From: Planctomycetales bacterium
GTDB lineage: Bacteria; Planctomycetota; Phycisphaerae; SM23-33
DNA: 64,000 nucleotides
Assembly: GCA_030612725.1 (NCBI GenBank)
Contig: JAUWNJ010000011.1
Coordinates: 14,996 to 78,995 of the forward strand
Reading direction: 5' to 3'
Part shown: positions 35,738 to 44,314 of the stretch, piece by piece
Layout of the letters: the number at the start of each line of letters is the position of its first letter
How positions within the stretch are numbered: the stretch's first letter is position 1
The notes under the pieces: generated by a model
The model's database searches: none
Told to the model about the DNA's origin: nothing
Seen by the model: only the letters and a program-made list of their open reading frames with translations
Made by a program: the position numbers and the translations under genes

Positions 35738-36295
35738 TCAATCCAGATATTTGGCGTATGCGGGATGGTCGAAGACGTACCGGGTAGTCGCCGGTGTTCC
35801 GTTGTCGGTGATCGTCAGCGCCAGAATGATCGTGTCGTTTCCGACGGCTGCTCCGGGTCCGAGAGACAGTTCCGCCAGGTTATGCGCCGTCAGGTTCGTC
35901 GCGCCGGGCGCGTCGGTGAAAGTACCGGCTCCGGTGGCGACCTGCTCGCGGACGGTGTATGCGGCATTACCTTGGGAGGCGGTTATCTTTGCCGGGAACA
36001 TCGCCGATCCCGTCGGCCTGATGAAGACGATCCACCGCCCGCCGACGTCTATTGCGACAGCCTTGGTGTTATCCGGTAGAAGCCCGTCGGTATCGGTCGG
36101 TTCGGCAAGGTTGGTAACTGTCATCGTTTCGCTGCCTACGGTTTCGGCTTCTCCGGCGGCGTCGAAAGCGATGGGTCTGGCGGTGTACTTATTTAACTGG
36201 TCGTGCGTGGTTATTTTGACCAATTGTGCCGCTTTGCTTCCGGCAACTTCCGTCCACCGCTCCAGTGCGTCGTAATAATTGTTTTTTCCGGACAT
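35738..36295 (-). CDS. phage-like structural protein (function unassigned)
   Basis: 185 aa from ATG 36295 (MSGKNNYYDALERW), 2 nt after the upstream TAA. Confidence 0.6.
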   Translation of the reverse strand: MSGKNNYYDALERWTEVAGSKAAQLVKITTHDQLNKYTARPIAFDAAGEAETVGSETMTVTNLAEPTDTDGLLPDNTKAVAIDVGGRWIVFIRPTGSAMFPAKITASQGNAAYTVREQVATGAGTFTDAPGATNLTAHNLAELSLGPGAAVGNDTIILALTITDNGTPATTRYVFDHPAYAKYLD

Positions 36296-36297
36296 GA

Positions 36298-38046
36298 TTA
36301 TCCGCTCACTTTCAAATGTGTTGCCCATTCCTCACCGCAGCGGTGTTCGACGGCGCGGACGTACGCCCAGGAACCGGGATAACCGCCGAGGGTCAATCCC
36401 CTGCCTTCAATCTGCTCGATTATGTCGCCGACGTTGCAGGTCGGATCAATTCGTCCGAGCGTCAGGTCAGCCTCGATTATGCCTGCGTTGGATTCGCTGA
36501 TGTTGTGAGCCAATTGTTTCAGGCGTGCCGAATCGTCGCGTTCTGCCGGGGCCGGCAGGTCTTGGCATTGGTAAAATATGCTGCTGTCGTGCACCTTCGA
36601 CCATTGGGCAGAGGGAATCTGTATTATTTCGGTCGGTACCGAGACGTCGCCCGAAACCTCGGCGCTGATATGCCTGTCCGAAGCGAGGGTGGCCGTTACG
36701 CGGACCTTTATGGTTGCGTCAATGGCGACGGCCTGGAAGTAATCGGCAGGAAGTGCGTCGTCGGACAGATAGATTGCGCATTCGTCGCGGGCGACTCGAA
36801 TTGCCCCGCCGTAGCGCCGCCAGGCGGCTCCGTCGTCGTAACTGACCTCGACGACGATTCCCAGACTTTCACCGGATGGGTTCACCGACAGGCAAGGCTC
36901 GAATCGCCTGTTAATCGACAGGAGGAAATCGTCGCTGCTGATGTCGGCGAAATCGAATTTTTCAAGGTTGCCGGGCCCGTCGCAGTATTGCCCCGATTCG
37001 TTCAGCACCCACTTCCTGAACACCTCGGACGCTGCGGGCCAATCGTCTGATTCGTCGCGGATGAAATCGCGGTAGTGGTAGGATTCCAGTGCAGTGTCCC
37101 ATCCTTTTTTGAGCGTGAAGGTTGATTCGTACCGTTTCAGGTCGCCGATGATCGAGACTTCCCGGCGGGCGGGTCGGCGGTTGAACGCAACCTTACCTTT
37201 CCAGAGATTGCTTCGCTCCCCGTCGAGAGTTTCGCCGGCCCGTTGTAGTCGAATCGCCCTGCGCCTTCCTGTCCTGCCCGGACGATAAAAAATCAGGGAT
37301 GAAGGACCGCCGCCCCAGCCGCTTCGTATCGACAGACCTGCAAGAGCAGCCGTTCGCGCAAGCGCCTCGCGCACAGGCAACCCCGTCAGAGACAACCGAG
37401 GGGGATAAATTGCCCAGGCTGGGCTTTCGGGTTCTTCATAACCGAATGCATCAATGTCCGACGGGACGCAGCAAGCGAGGAGATAATTCAGAATATCGGC
37501 GACGGACCAGAGTTGTCCACCGGAATCTGCTGAAAATATCCGGCAGGAGCGGGAATTGACCTGGTAAGTTTCTTCACTTGCCAATCCGGTCGGTTCGGTG
37601 TTGAAAACGCACTTTCCGGTGGGCACAAACTTTGCGGATGCCTCGTTTTCCTGCCGGCGTCCACCAATGGCATGGTTCAGGCGCGTTGCCAGGACGTTTT
37701 CGGCTTCTATGGCGAGAGATTCTTCATCGGGACCGGCGCCGGCAAGATGACGGGAGACGTAACCGTCGAACACCACATGCTCACCGACGTCGGCCAGGCG
37801 TATTTGCAGACTTTCGCCGATTGCCGGAAGGACGCCGACGTCCTCAATGCGACGGTTCGGACGATACCTGCCCGACATGGCCATTACGATTTTCGCACGG
37901 GCGAAATCAGGAGCCGGAAGTATGCTCCAATTCTCCACGTGCAGGTCCCGCCTTCGCAGGCCGTTGACATAGACCGGCATCGGTGGGGGGCTTGTTACGT
38001 TTGTCGTCGCCGAATCCGGATGAATGGTCAAATCGCTCACCTTCAC
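36298..38046 (-). CDS. phage-like large tail/baseplate-type protein (function unassigned)
   Basis: 582 aa. Same operon, 3-nt gap to the upstream gene. Confidence 0.6.
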   Translation of the reverse strand: MKVSDLTIHPDSATTNVTSPPPMPVYVNGLRRRDLHVENWSILPAPDFARAKIVMAMSGRYRPNRRIEDVGVLPAIGESLQIRLADVGEHVVFDGYVSRHLAGAGPDEESLAIEAENVLATRLNHAIGGRRQENEASAKFVPTGKCVFNTEPTGLASEETYQVNSRSCRIFSADSGGQLWSVADILNYLLACCVPSDIDAFGYEEPESPAWAIYPPRLSLTGLPVREALARTAALAGLSIRSGWGGGPSSLIFYRPGRTGRRRAIRLQRAGETLDGERSNLWKGKVAFNRRPARREVSIIGDLKRYESTFTLKKGWDTALESYHYRDFIRDESDDWPAASEVFRKWVLNESGQYCDGPGNLEKFDFADISSDDFLLSINRRFEPCLSVNPSGESLGIVVEVSYDDGAAWRRYGGAIRVARDECAIYLSDDALPADYFQAVAIDATIKVRVTATLASDRHISAEVSGDVSVPTEIIQIPSAQWSKVHDSSIFYQCQDLPAPAERDDSARLKQLAHNISESNAGIIEADLTLGRIDPTCNVGDIIEQIEGRGLTLGGYPGSWAYVRAVEHRCGEEWATHLKVSG

Positions 38047-38049
38047 TCC

Positions 38050-40179
38050 TCACAAAATCTGGATGGACGCCGGGGCTGAAACCAGGGGTACGAACACGAT
38101 TTCACTTATCGGACCGACCTGTTCGCCCCGACGTGCGCGGACGGCCAGAAGCACCGGCGTGTCGGGCCTGTCGATGGGGACCTCAAAGTCGAACCGGTCA
38201 TTCCGCGACTTTTCAACCGTCGCGACGGGGTTTTCAAGGTCCAGTTGCCCCGTACCGTTGTCGCTGAGAACATCGAAACCGTCGGCATCTGCAAAACCGA
38301 TCGGCGTCAGATAAGTAAATCCGATTAGCAAGGCGCTGTGCTGCACCTCAACCGTCGGGTCTTTCGGGCGCGTGAGCGGAGCGGGCAGGAGAATTCCCTG
38401 CTCGTCGGTATTGGCGTATGCAATGACGTGGGTATTGCGCTCCTGGACACCCGATGATGAGACAGATCGGACGGCATAGATGTAACGCTGTCCGGGCGAC
38501 AGGTTCTGCGAGAGTGTGATGCTGTTGGGTCCGGGCATGAGATACGCAATAGGATTTTCCCATTCGATGCCCTCGAGACCGCCGAGACCTCGATAGACGT
38601 TGTTGCCAGTGGTCGAAAATGCCACTGTCATAAGCGGCGAGCCGACGGCTGCGGCGAGGTAATCGAGGTGCTCGACCGCCACGGCGAACGCCTCGGCCAG
38701 TGAGCCGCCGATGCGGAGCATCTCGAAGAAACTTTCGGCATCGACGTTTATCCCGTCGTTACCGGCGCTACCCATCGCGGCGGCGTAAAGCGCCGTCAGC
38801 ACGGCTTCGCTGCATTCGGTCGTAGCGGCCCGCATTGTCCCCAGGCTGGCTACAGAAGGGTCCACAAAGACCGCCCTGCTGCCGGCGGAACCCCAGTCGG
38901 GCATGGTATTGCCCCAGACAAAAGCGTCGTCGGCGAATGTTCCAAGCCCCGCCGTGATAATCCGTAGATGCTGACAAGCGAGGCTCGCTCGATAAGCCGA
39001 ATCGTTACTGAAAAGTTTGTCCGTGGCGGGAAGAAATCCGCAATCCGCAATCCGCAATCCGCAATCCAGCACGTCTTTAGAGTGCTGCAACGTATCGGCG
39101 TCGATCCGCGTGCAGAGATACTTTCCGCCCATCGCCGCTTTCGTCAGCCTGGCGACTGTGGCGGGGTTGTAGAGCGGGTTCGTCGTCTGCGACGAAAACG
39201 CCGTTCCATAGTTCATCAGTCGGCTTGTGGCCGAATGCTTCAAGCCGCCGGAAGTGAAATATCCAGGCACGCCGTAGCCGAGCAGGAAGCACGAGCAATT
39301 AGCCGCCACTGTCGGATTCAGCGTCAGCCAGGCGGCAAGGTCGGTCTCCACTTCGGCCTCGAACGTCGCGTAGTCTGCGAGAGATTCGTTCGCCGTGGCG
39401 TTCGGCAGCGGGCAGAGATTCGCACGGGGGATGTCCAGTTCGCTTACGCAGTAATCGGCGAACTCCCTTGATTCCGAATCGTCCCGCCTGAACAGAACGA
39501 CAGTCCGGGCCGCTTCGGGATAATCGGTCAGTGGCGTCGACGTGAATGGTTCGGGGTATTCATCGAGTGCGATTTTTACCTCGTCGAAATCGTACCAGTA
39601 ACCGTCGCGTGGCCCCGCCGGGCAACCCATTCGCAGTAAGTCCACGGATGCGAAACGGTCGTAATTGTCTATACCCGTAGCCTCATCGAGCAGTTGACCG
39701 TCGAAATATAAACGCAGAACGCCGTCGTTGGCGGCGACGCCGCTTGACCGTCGCAGCGCGAAAACAAGATAAGAAAAACGGTCAAGGACAAGACCGGTTA
39801 CATAACCGGCGGTGTGAGCAGCGCCTCCGTCGTCCTTTGTGCTTACCTTTATTTGCAGGTCAGTCAAAAGCAGCGAGTACAGGCCGGTCGTTGAACCAAG
39901 GGCGTCTTTCACCATTAAGGGATACGTATAATTCGACGGGTAACTGCCGGGCCTCATCCAGAAGCCGAAATAAATCCAGCCGCCGGGGTCAAGCGAAACA
40001 TTGAGGTTTTTCTGCACGTAAGCGACATCGGTTCCGACGATAGTCGTTCGCAGCACTGCATCGCCGCGACCGCAGGCATCTCCGGCAACTGGAACGATGG
40101 TCGAATCACCGGCTTCAAATTTTAAATCCCACTCGCCGAGAGCGGGTACCTCGTTGTCGATGTAATGAAGGAGGCTCAT
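38050..40179 (-). CDS. putative receptor-binding/tail-fibre-like protein with an N-terminal LamG/concanavalin-like region and a TIGR03790-like domain
   Basis: 709 aa from ATG 40179 (MSLLHYIDNE, RBS aggagg). The longer ORF to 40368 runs through heptamer repeats and is unlikely to be real. LRLYFDGQLLDE is a LamG-like segment. VVLFRRDDSESREFADYCVSELDIPRANLCPLP...FLLGYGVPGYF resembles TIGR03790 family proteins (from memory). It contains an in-frame (AATCCGC)4 block at 39035-39062. Confidence 0.6.
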   Translation of the reverse strand: MSLLHYIDNEVPALGEWDLKFEAGDSTIVPVAGDACGRGDAVLRTTIVGTDVAYVQKNLNVSLDPGGWIYFGFWMRPGSYPSNYTYPLMVKDALGSTTGLYSLLLTDLQIKVSTKDDGGAAHTAGYVTGLVLDRFSYLVFALRRSSGVAANDGVLRLYFDGQLLDEATGIDNYDRFASVDLLRMGCPAGPRDGYWYDFDEVKIALDEYPEPFTSTPLTDYPEAARTVVLFRRDDSESREFADYCVSELDIPRANLCPLPNATANESLADYATFEAEVETDLAAWLTLNPTVAANCSCFLLGYGVPGYFTSGGLKHSATSRLMNYGTAFSSQTTNPLYNPATVARLTKAAMGGKYLCTRIDADTLQHSKDVLDCGLRIADCGFLPATDKLFSNDSAYRASLACQHLRIITAGLGTFADDAFVWGNTMPDWGSAGSRAVFVDPSVASLGTMRAATTECSEAVLTALYAAAMGSAGNDGINVDAESFFEMLRIGGSLAEAFAVAVEHLDYLAAAVGSPLMTVAFSTTGNNVYRGLGGLEGIEWENPIAYLMPGPNSITLSQNLSPGQRYIYAVRSVSSSGVQERNTHVIAYANTDEQGILLPAPLTRPKDPTVEVQHSALLIGFTYLTPIGFADADGFDVLSDNGTGQLDLENPVATVEKSRNDRFDFEVPIDRPDTPVLLAVRARRGEQVGPISEIVFVPLVSAPASIQIL
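39035..39069. repeat. tandem heptamer array (AATCCGC)x4 plus one degenerate unit, inside the 709-aa gene
   Basis: Read directly: aatccgc aatccgc aatccgc aatccgc aatccag. It is the reverse complement of the array at 40192-40223. Confidence 0.9.
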
Positions 40180-40556
40180 ATTTCGCCTCCTGATTGCGGA
40201 TTGCGGATTGCGGATTGAGGATTTTCGACAACAGACAGAAGGTCTTCTGTGATAGACGCGAGGCGGGATTCGTCGTCGGCGGGATGCCCATGATTCAATT
40301 GTACAAAGACAGGGCGTAGGGCGTAGGGCGTAGGGTGTAGGTTGTTTTCGCCTGGTCCCAAGTCCCAAGTCCCAAGTCCCTGAATCTCGTAGAAACGAGA
40401 TTCGTGCGTCGGATGCCGTTCCGTCCGCTTGTGCTCGGCTTCGACGCTCGGCGGTTCGCCGTCGGTCAGATACTTCGGGTCGATCCGCTCTGCTCGGAGC
40501 GTCAGCGTCCGCTTCTCGCCTTTACTGAACGGCGGATTGTGAATTGAAAATTCCAT
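40176..40556 (-). CDS. questionable small ORF spanning the heptamer-repeat region
   Basis: 126 aa. ATG at 40556, and its TGA overlaps the next ATG (ATGA), which argues for translation. However, about half of it is encoded by four tandem heptamer arrays, and no family was recognised. Confidence 0.3.
   Translation of the reverse strand: MEFSIHNPPFSKGEKRTLTLRAERIDPKYLTDGEPPSVEAEHKRTERHPTHESRFYEIQGLGTWDLGPGENNLHPTPYALRPVFVQLNHGHPADDESRLASITEDLLSVVENPQSAIRNPQSGGEI
40192..40223. repeat. tandem heptamer array (GATTGCG)x3 plus degenerate units
   Basis: gattgcg gattgcg gattgcg gattgag gatt, located 13 nt upstream of the ATG at 40179. Confidence 0.9.
40312..40341 (+). repeat. tandem heptamer array (GGGCGTA)x3 plus GGGTGTAGG; canonical G-quadruplex motif on the plus strand
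   Basis: There are four G3 tracts at 40312, 40319, 40326 and 40333, separated by 4-nt loops, then a terminal GG at 40340. Confidence 0.85.
40357..40380 (-). repeat. tandem heptamer array (GGGACTT)x3 plus GGG on the minus strand; G-quadruplex motif in the mRNA sense
   Basis: The plus strand reads ccc aagt ccc aagt ccc aagt ccc. Confidence 0.85.
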
Positions 40557-40568
40557 TCTTTCTGTTTT

Positions 40569-40593
40569 CCCCTATTCCCTATTCCCTATTCCC
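40569..40593 (-). repeat. tandem heptamer array (GGGAATA)x3 plus GGGG on the minus strand; G-quadruplex motif
   Basis: The plus strand reads cccc tatt ccc tatt ccc tatt ccc, between the stop at 40607 and the ATG at 40556. Confidence 0.85.
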
Positions 40594-40606
40594 AAGTCCG
40601 TGTCTG

Positions 40607-41599
40607 TTAGCGGCATGGAATAATCGCCTGCGCCTTTCCGATTTCGGCGTGTCCGTTCGACGAGCCGCCGGTATCGTCGGTTTCGAAGGCCACCTCGACG
40701 TAAAGTATGTCGCCCGGCGCGAGTTCGTCGCCGGTCGCGTCGCCGTCGATTGTGAAATCCTGATCGGCGAACGCCGTTACCGCTTTGAGGTCTTTCGCAG
40801 CCGTCAGGCATAAGTCGGTGGCGTCCAGCCCGGCGTTGGTTACACGCTTGACAACCACGTCCAGCAGCGACTCGGCGTTGCGGGCTACGTCCACCTTCGC
40901 GTTCAGGCGGATAGTGACGTCGGCCTGTGCGATGTACTCTCTGGGTAGCACAAGGTAGAACGCGGCCTTCTCATTGACCTGCGTATTGTTTGTGGTCGAG
41001 CCGACAATCACGCTTCCGGCGGCGTCTGCGAGGCCGAGATACGTACCGTCGCCGGCGTCGGGCAGGGCGTCCTTCATCGCGTCGTGCTTGAGAAGGCTGG
41101 TGACGGGGATGCCGATTGTGTTGCTCGATCCGCAGACGTTGATGAACATTCGGCCTCGATAGTCGGTTATGTCGCCGCCTTCGGAGAGGTCGCGTCCGTC
41201 GTAGGTCCCTGCGTCGGTCAGTATCGTCGCCAGCGGGATGTGGGCCGTAACCGACGGCGTGGGAAAGCCCGTCGTGTTGACCGTCAGGACACCGGCGGCG
41301 GTCAGGTAGATGTAATTCGTCTGATTGTTCGTCAGCGCCTGGGCCAGCACTTCGGCGTAATTGACGGCGGTGTCGCCGTTGTAATATCGTCCCGCCCGGA
41401 CGCCGAAGGTAAGGTCGTCGTCCTTGAAGACTCGGCAGTCGCCGCTTCGTCTGGCGACTTTCAAAAGTCGATAGAGCGTCTTGTAGAAACTTGTGTAGTA
41501 GGGCGCTTCGCCGGTGGTAATAAACAGGACTTCCTGTTCGTTGTCCGTCGTCCCCGAAAGTCCGTTCAGTTCTGCATCCGATGGGTACTGTTCCGTCAT
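40607..41599 (-). CDS. phage-like structural protein (possible tail/fibre or decoration protein)
   Basis: 330 aa. The HIPLATILTDAGTYDGRDLSEGGDITDYRG segment resembles motifs seen in phage tail-fibre N-terminal regions. The assignment is tentative. Confidence 0.6.
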   Translation of the reverse strand: MTEQYPSDAELNGLSGTTDNEQEVLFITTGEAPYYTSFYKTLYRLLKVARRSGDCRVFKDDDLTFGVRAGRYYNGDTAVNYAEVLAQALTNNQTNYIYLTAAGVLTVNTTGFPTPSVTAHIPLATILTDAGTYDGRDLSEGGDITDYRGRMFINVCGSSNTIGIPVTSLLKHDAMKDALPDAGDGTYLGLADAAGSVIVGSTTNNTQVNEKAAFYLVLPREYIAQADVTIRLNAKVDVARNAESLLDVVVKRVTNAGLDATDLCLTAAKDLKAVTAFADQDFTIDGDATGDELAPGDILYVEVAFETDDTGGSSNGHAEIGKAQAIIPCR

Positions 41600-41609
41600 G
41601 GTTATCTCC

Positions 41610-42344
41610 CTAATAAATCTGAAGAGTCAGTTGTTTTTGCTGGTGGTCGTAGTTTGTTACCGATAAACCTTCCGCTGCATCGGGCAGGGGGTTTGCGTCG
41701 ATGTACATTGGGTCTGAATCCGCAACCTGCCCGTCGGCCCGGCGTGATCGCAGGACGATTTGGTGCGAGCCTTCTTCCGGAAGGTCGGCTTCGAGGTCGA
41801 TAAGGTCGGCGTTTATTCCGAACATACCGGCTCCGAATGCTCCCTCGCCCGCCCCCGGTGCACATGTACCGTCGTATCCGAATCCGCCTTTTCCGAATTG
41901 GTCTTCTCCGAACTGCCATCGCGGAACCCATGCCGGCCAGGTTTGGGTCGATGCCAACGGTGTCTCCGACACCTCGCCACCACCGGCATGATTTCCCAGA
42001 ACCTCGACCGTGTCGTCGGGGCGACCGGAAACAGGCCTGGGGATTTGTGGGCGAAAAACCCAGGAAGGATTGCGATCATCGACCGGTAATTGTTCGGATA
42101 AGTCTGTTGTGCGGTATTTACCCTCAACGGCCGCCACGCAAACAGCCGTCGGTGCGATGTCCGGTTCGTCGATGAAAAATTGTCGTTGACCCGGCGTATC
42201 CGTCCAGTCGGAGAGTCTGCCGTTGAGGTATAATTGATGATGCAGATCGGCATTGTCCGAACTGAAGCGAACGGACCATCCCCCGGCAAAACTCATCTCG
42301 CCGATGACGTACTCGATCCCGGTTGTAATCAGTGTAGCGGTCAT
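41610..42344 (-). CDS. phage-like structural protein (function unassigned)
   Basis: 244 aa. 4-nt start/stop overlap with the upstream gene. Confidence 0.6.
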   Translation of the reverse strand: MTATLITTGIEYVIGEMSFAGGWSVRFSSDNADLHHQLYLNGRLSDWTDTPGQRQFFIDEPDIAPTAVCVAAVEGKYRTTDLSEQLPVDDRNPSWVFRPQIPRPVSGRPDDTVEVLGNHAGGGEVSETPLASTQTWPAWVPRWQFGEDQFGKGGFGYDGTCAPGAGEGAFGAGMFGINADLIDLEADLPEEGSHQIVLRSRRADGQVADSDPMYIDANPLPDAAEGLSVTNYDHQQKQLTLQIY

Positions 42345-42706
42345 GGTAATTGGCGATACTCGATCTCATAGTCGCAGTAGAATCCCCTGCTGTGTTGCAA
42401 CGGGGTGGTGGTTCGGAATCGTTCCAGTATCACATGCTGGTGGGACTGGTTGTGGTTATCGAGAAGGACGTGCTCGGCTCCGTCGCAGAGTGCGTTGATG
42501 TCGTCCAGTATTTCGTTCAGGTTATTGGCGGTGTCGGCTTGGAGTCGTCCCGTCTGCGTGATTTGTCGTGAACGGAGTCCGAGGTCCAGGACGATTTCAC
42601 CATTGACGCCGGCAAAGCCTCGACGCTGCACGCTTCTTTCCCAATACCCGAAACGGAAGGCGTTGGGGCCTGAACCGAAAAGATTTTCCCCGGCGTAGGA
42701 ACTCAT
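42341..42706 (-). CDS. phage-like small structural protein (connector/adaptor size class)
   Basis: 121 aa. ATGA overlaps on both sides. Confidence 0.6.
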   Translation of the reverse strand: MSSYAGENLFGSGPNAFRFGYWERSVQRRGFAGVNGEIVLDLGLRSRQITQTGRLQADTANNLNEILDDINALCDGAEHVLLDNHNQSHQHVILERFRTTTPLQHSRGFYCDYEIEYRQLP

Positions 42707-43113
42707 ACCTGTGCCTCCTGTGAAGCGAACGGGTCGGTGTCGCCTTCATTGGCTTGGGCGGTAAAGGTCAGTTTCGCAACGGCAGGGGCGGATTGCTCGT
42801 ATTGGAACTCAATCCCTATCAGTACGGCGTCGGTTATGGAGATGCTCCGTCCGTTCTGTTCGCTGCGAGTGGGGGCTATTTCGACGGCCAGAACGCCTGC
42901 CTGTCCAAGAGAAAGACTCTCGGCAACGGCTGTGTCGCGAATGCGAATCTCGATATTAATTACAGGTCTGGACAGCTGGATACTAATGGAAAATGCGTCG
43001 TTGTCGCCGCCCATCGGAGCCGGTTTGGCCTGTCGTAGAATCCTGACGGAAACGGGTCCTGACAGGGCGGTCTGGTCGAAGGTCGCGCTGGTAATGTCGC
43101 CGTAACGTTCCAT
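42703..43113 (-). CDS. phage-like small structural protein (connector/adaptor size class)
   Basis: 136 aa. Translationally coupled. Confidence 0.6.
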   Translation of the reverse strand: MERYGDITSATFDQTALSGPVSVRILRQAKPAPMGGDNDAFSISIQLSRPVINIEIRIRDTAVAESLSLGQAGVLAVEIAPTRSEQNGRSISITDAVLIGIEFQYEQSAPAVAKLTFTAQANEGDTDPFASQEAQV

Positions 43114-43547
43114 TATTGCGCCTCCTCCGATTCAAAGTTGCAGCGGATTTCAAACGTAACCGCAAGGTAGGGTTTTTTGACTTTCGGTTCGATTTTGAGA
43201 GGCCCTGTTTCCGTCGCTTTTCCCGTCGGTAAGTCCCTGCACATGTTGGTTCGGAAGCGGTCGGTCAGAAGCGATTCACAGGCCGATGCCGCCAGGTCCA
43301 GCGCGCGGGCGAAGGCGTCCGAAGTGTTGTGACAACGGACGTGGACGCATACTTTTGCCCGCAGGGTGTAGAATTTTCCGGTGGGACTGTCGGTTGCATT
43401 CGATTCATCCATACCGATGAGGTTCACCTCCGCGCGGGGAATCTGTGCCGAATCGGCGTCAGACCCGATCGTAACGGCGGCGAATAAGTCGGCGACCCGA
43501 AGGGTGTCGCGGATGTCGATCAGGATGTTGCGGGCTTGGATTGACAT
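43113..43547 (-). CDS. phage-like small structural protein (head-completion size class)
   Basis: 144 aa. Translationally coupled. Confidence 0.6.
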   Translation of the reverse strand: MSIQARNILIDIRDTLRVADLFAAVTIGSDADSAQIPRAEVNLIGMDESNATDSPTGKFYTLRAKVCVHVRCHNTSDAFARALDLAASACESLLTDRFRTNMCRDLPTGKATETGPLKIEPKVKKPYLAVTFEIRCNFESEEAQ

Positions 43548-43552
43548 GATTT

Positions 43553-44203
43553 TCAGGTTCTCCGTAGCGAGATGTTTGCAAGCGTCCGGGTCTGCTCGGC
43601 GAAACCGTCGCCGTCGATGTCTTTTGCCAATCTCAGCGCAGCGACGGCGGCGACGTGCTGCCTGCGATAGAATTCGGCCTTTACCCAGTTCGCGTCGGAA
43701 TCTGCGGCGTTGGATGCCTGTGCCGTGAACACAGACGACAATACCGCAAAGGCAATCGCTTTACGCATCTGCGACGAATCAACGAAATTAGTCGCGGAAA
43801 TACCGTTGGCTTCACCGATCTGTCGGAGTTTTTCGTGTAGTGTCGCTTCGCAATCGGCAATTTGAGGTCTGAAGGTGTGGATGTTATATTGCAGATCGGA
43901 CTCTGCCGGTGGTGCGATAGCCTCGGCTTCGCGATCCGCGCGAAGAACCGATATCGTCAGCATCGAAGGTGAATCCACCGAGATAATTTCATAACACCGC
44001 CCCTCCGACGGAACAGTCGAATAGACGCACAGCACCATACCGGGCTGGATATCCACGGATTGAAAATTACCCGATGCACTGAAAGTCGTTCCGCTGATGG
44101 TGCCGTAATCCCCGGATGCCGGTTGCTGGGAATTGAATCCTCCACCGGTGAATACATCCGGCTCGATGGCCAGAAGGTCGCGGTCTTTACATTCGTTCGC
44201 CAT
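43553..44203 (-). CDS. phage-like protein downstream of the capsid gene (head-tail adaptor position)
   Basis: 216 aa. Its position immediately after the major capsid gene is the only evidence. Confidence 0.55.
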   Translation of the reverse strand: MANECKDRDLLAIEPDVFTGGGFNSQQPASGDYGTISGTTFSASGNFQSVDIQPGMVLCVYSTVPSEGRCYEIISVDSPSMLTISVLRADREAEAIAPPAESDLQYNIHTFRPQIADCEATLHEKLRQIGEANGISATNFVDSSQMRKAIAFAVLSSVFTAQASNAADSDANWVKAEFYRRQHVAAVAALRLAKDIDGDGFAEQTRTLANISLRRT

Positions 44204-44314
44204 TTTTCTTGTCCTTGTCCGGCTTTTCCGCCCCCCGCCCGGTAGGCGGGAGGCGTCAAAGCGATCATCGCCGTTCCGGTCGAAGATACGCCTGGGCGGG
44301 CGATGGTTAAATTC

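Noticed and set aside
38050-40368. Diversity-generating retroelement or invertase-driven shufflon acting on the receptor-binding gene
   Set aside because: No reverse transcriptase, template-repeat copy or site-specific recombinase gene is present anywhere in the window. Only the inverted heptamer arrays are observed, and these are reported as such.
40183-40606. Possible CRISPR array, because of the regularly repeated short sequences
   Set aside because: The units are 7 nt and directly tandem, with no spacers. Four different units are present, and there are no cas genes in the window. These are microsatellite/STRR-like repeats, not CRISPR.
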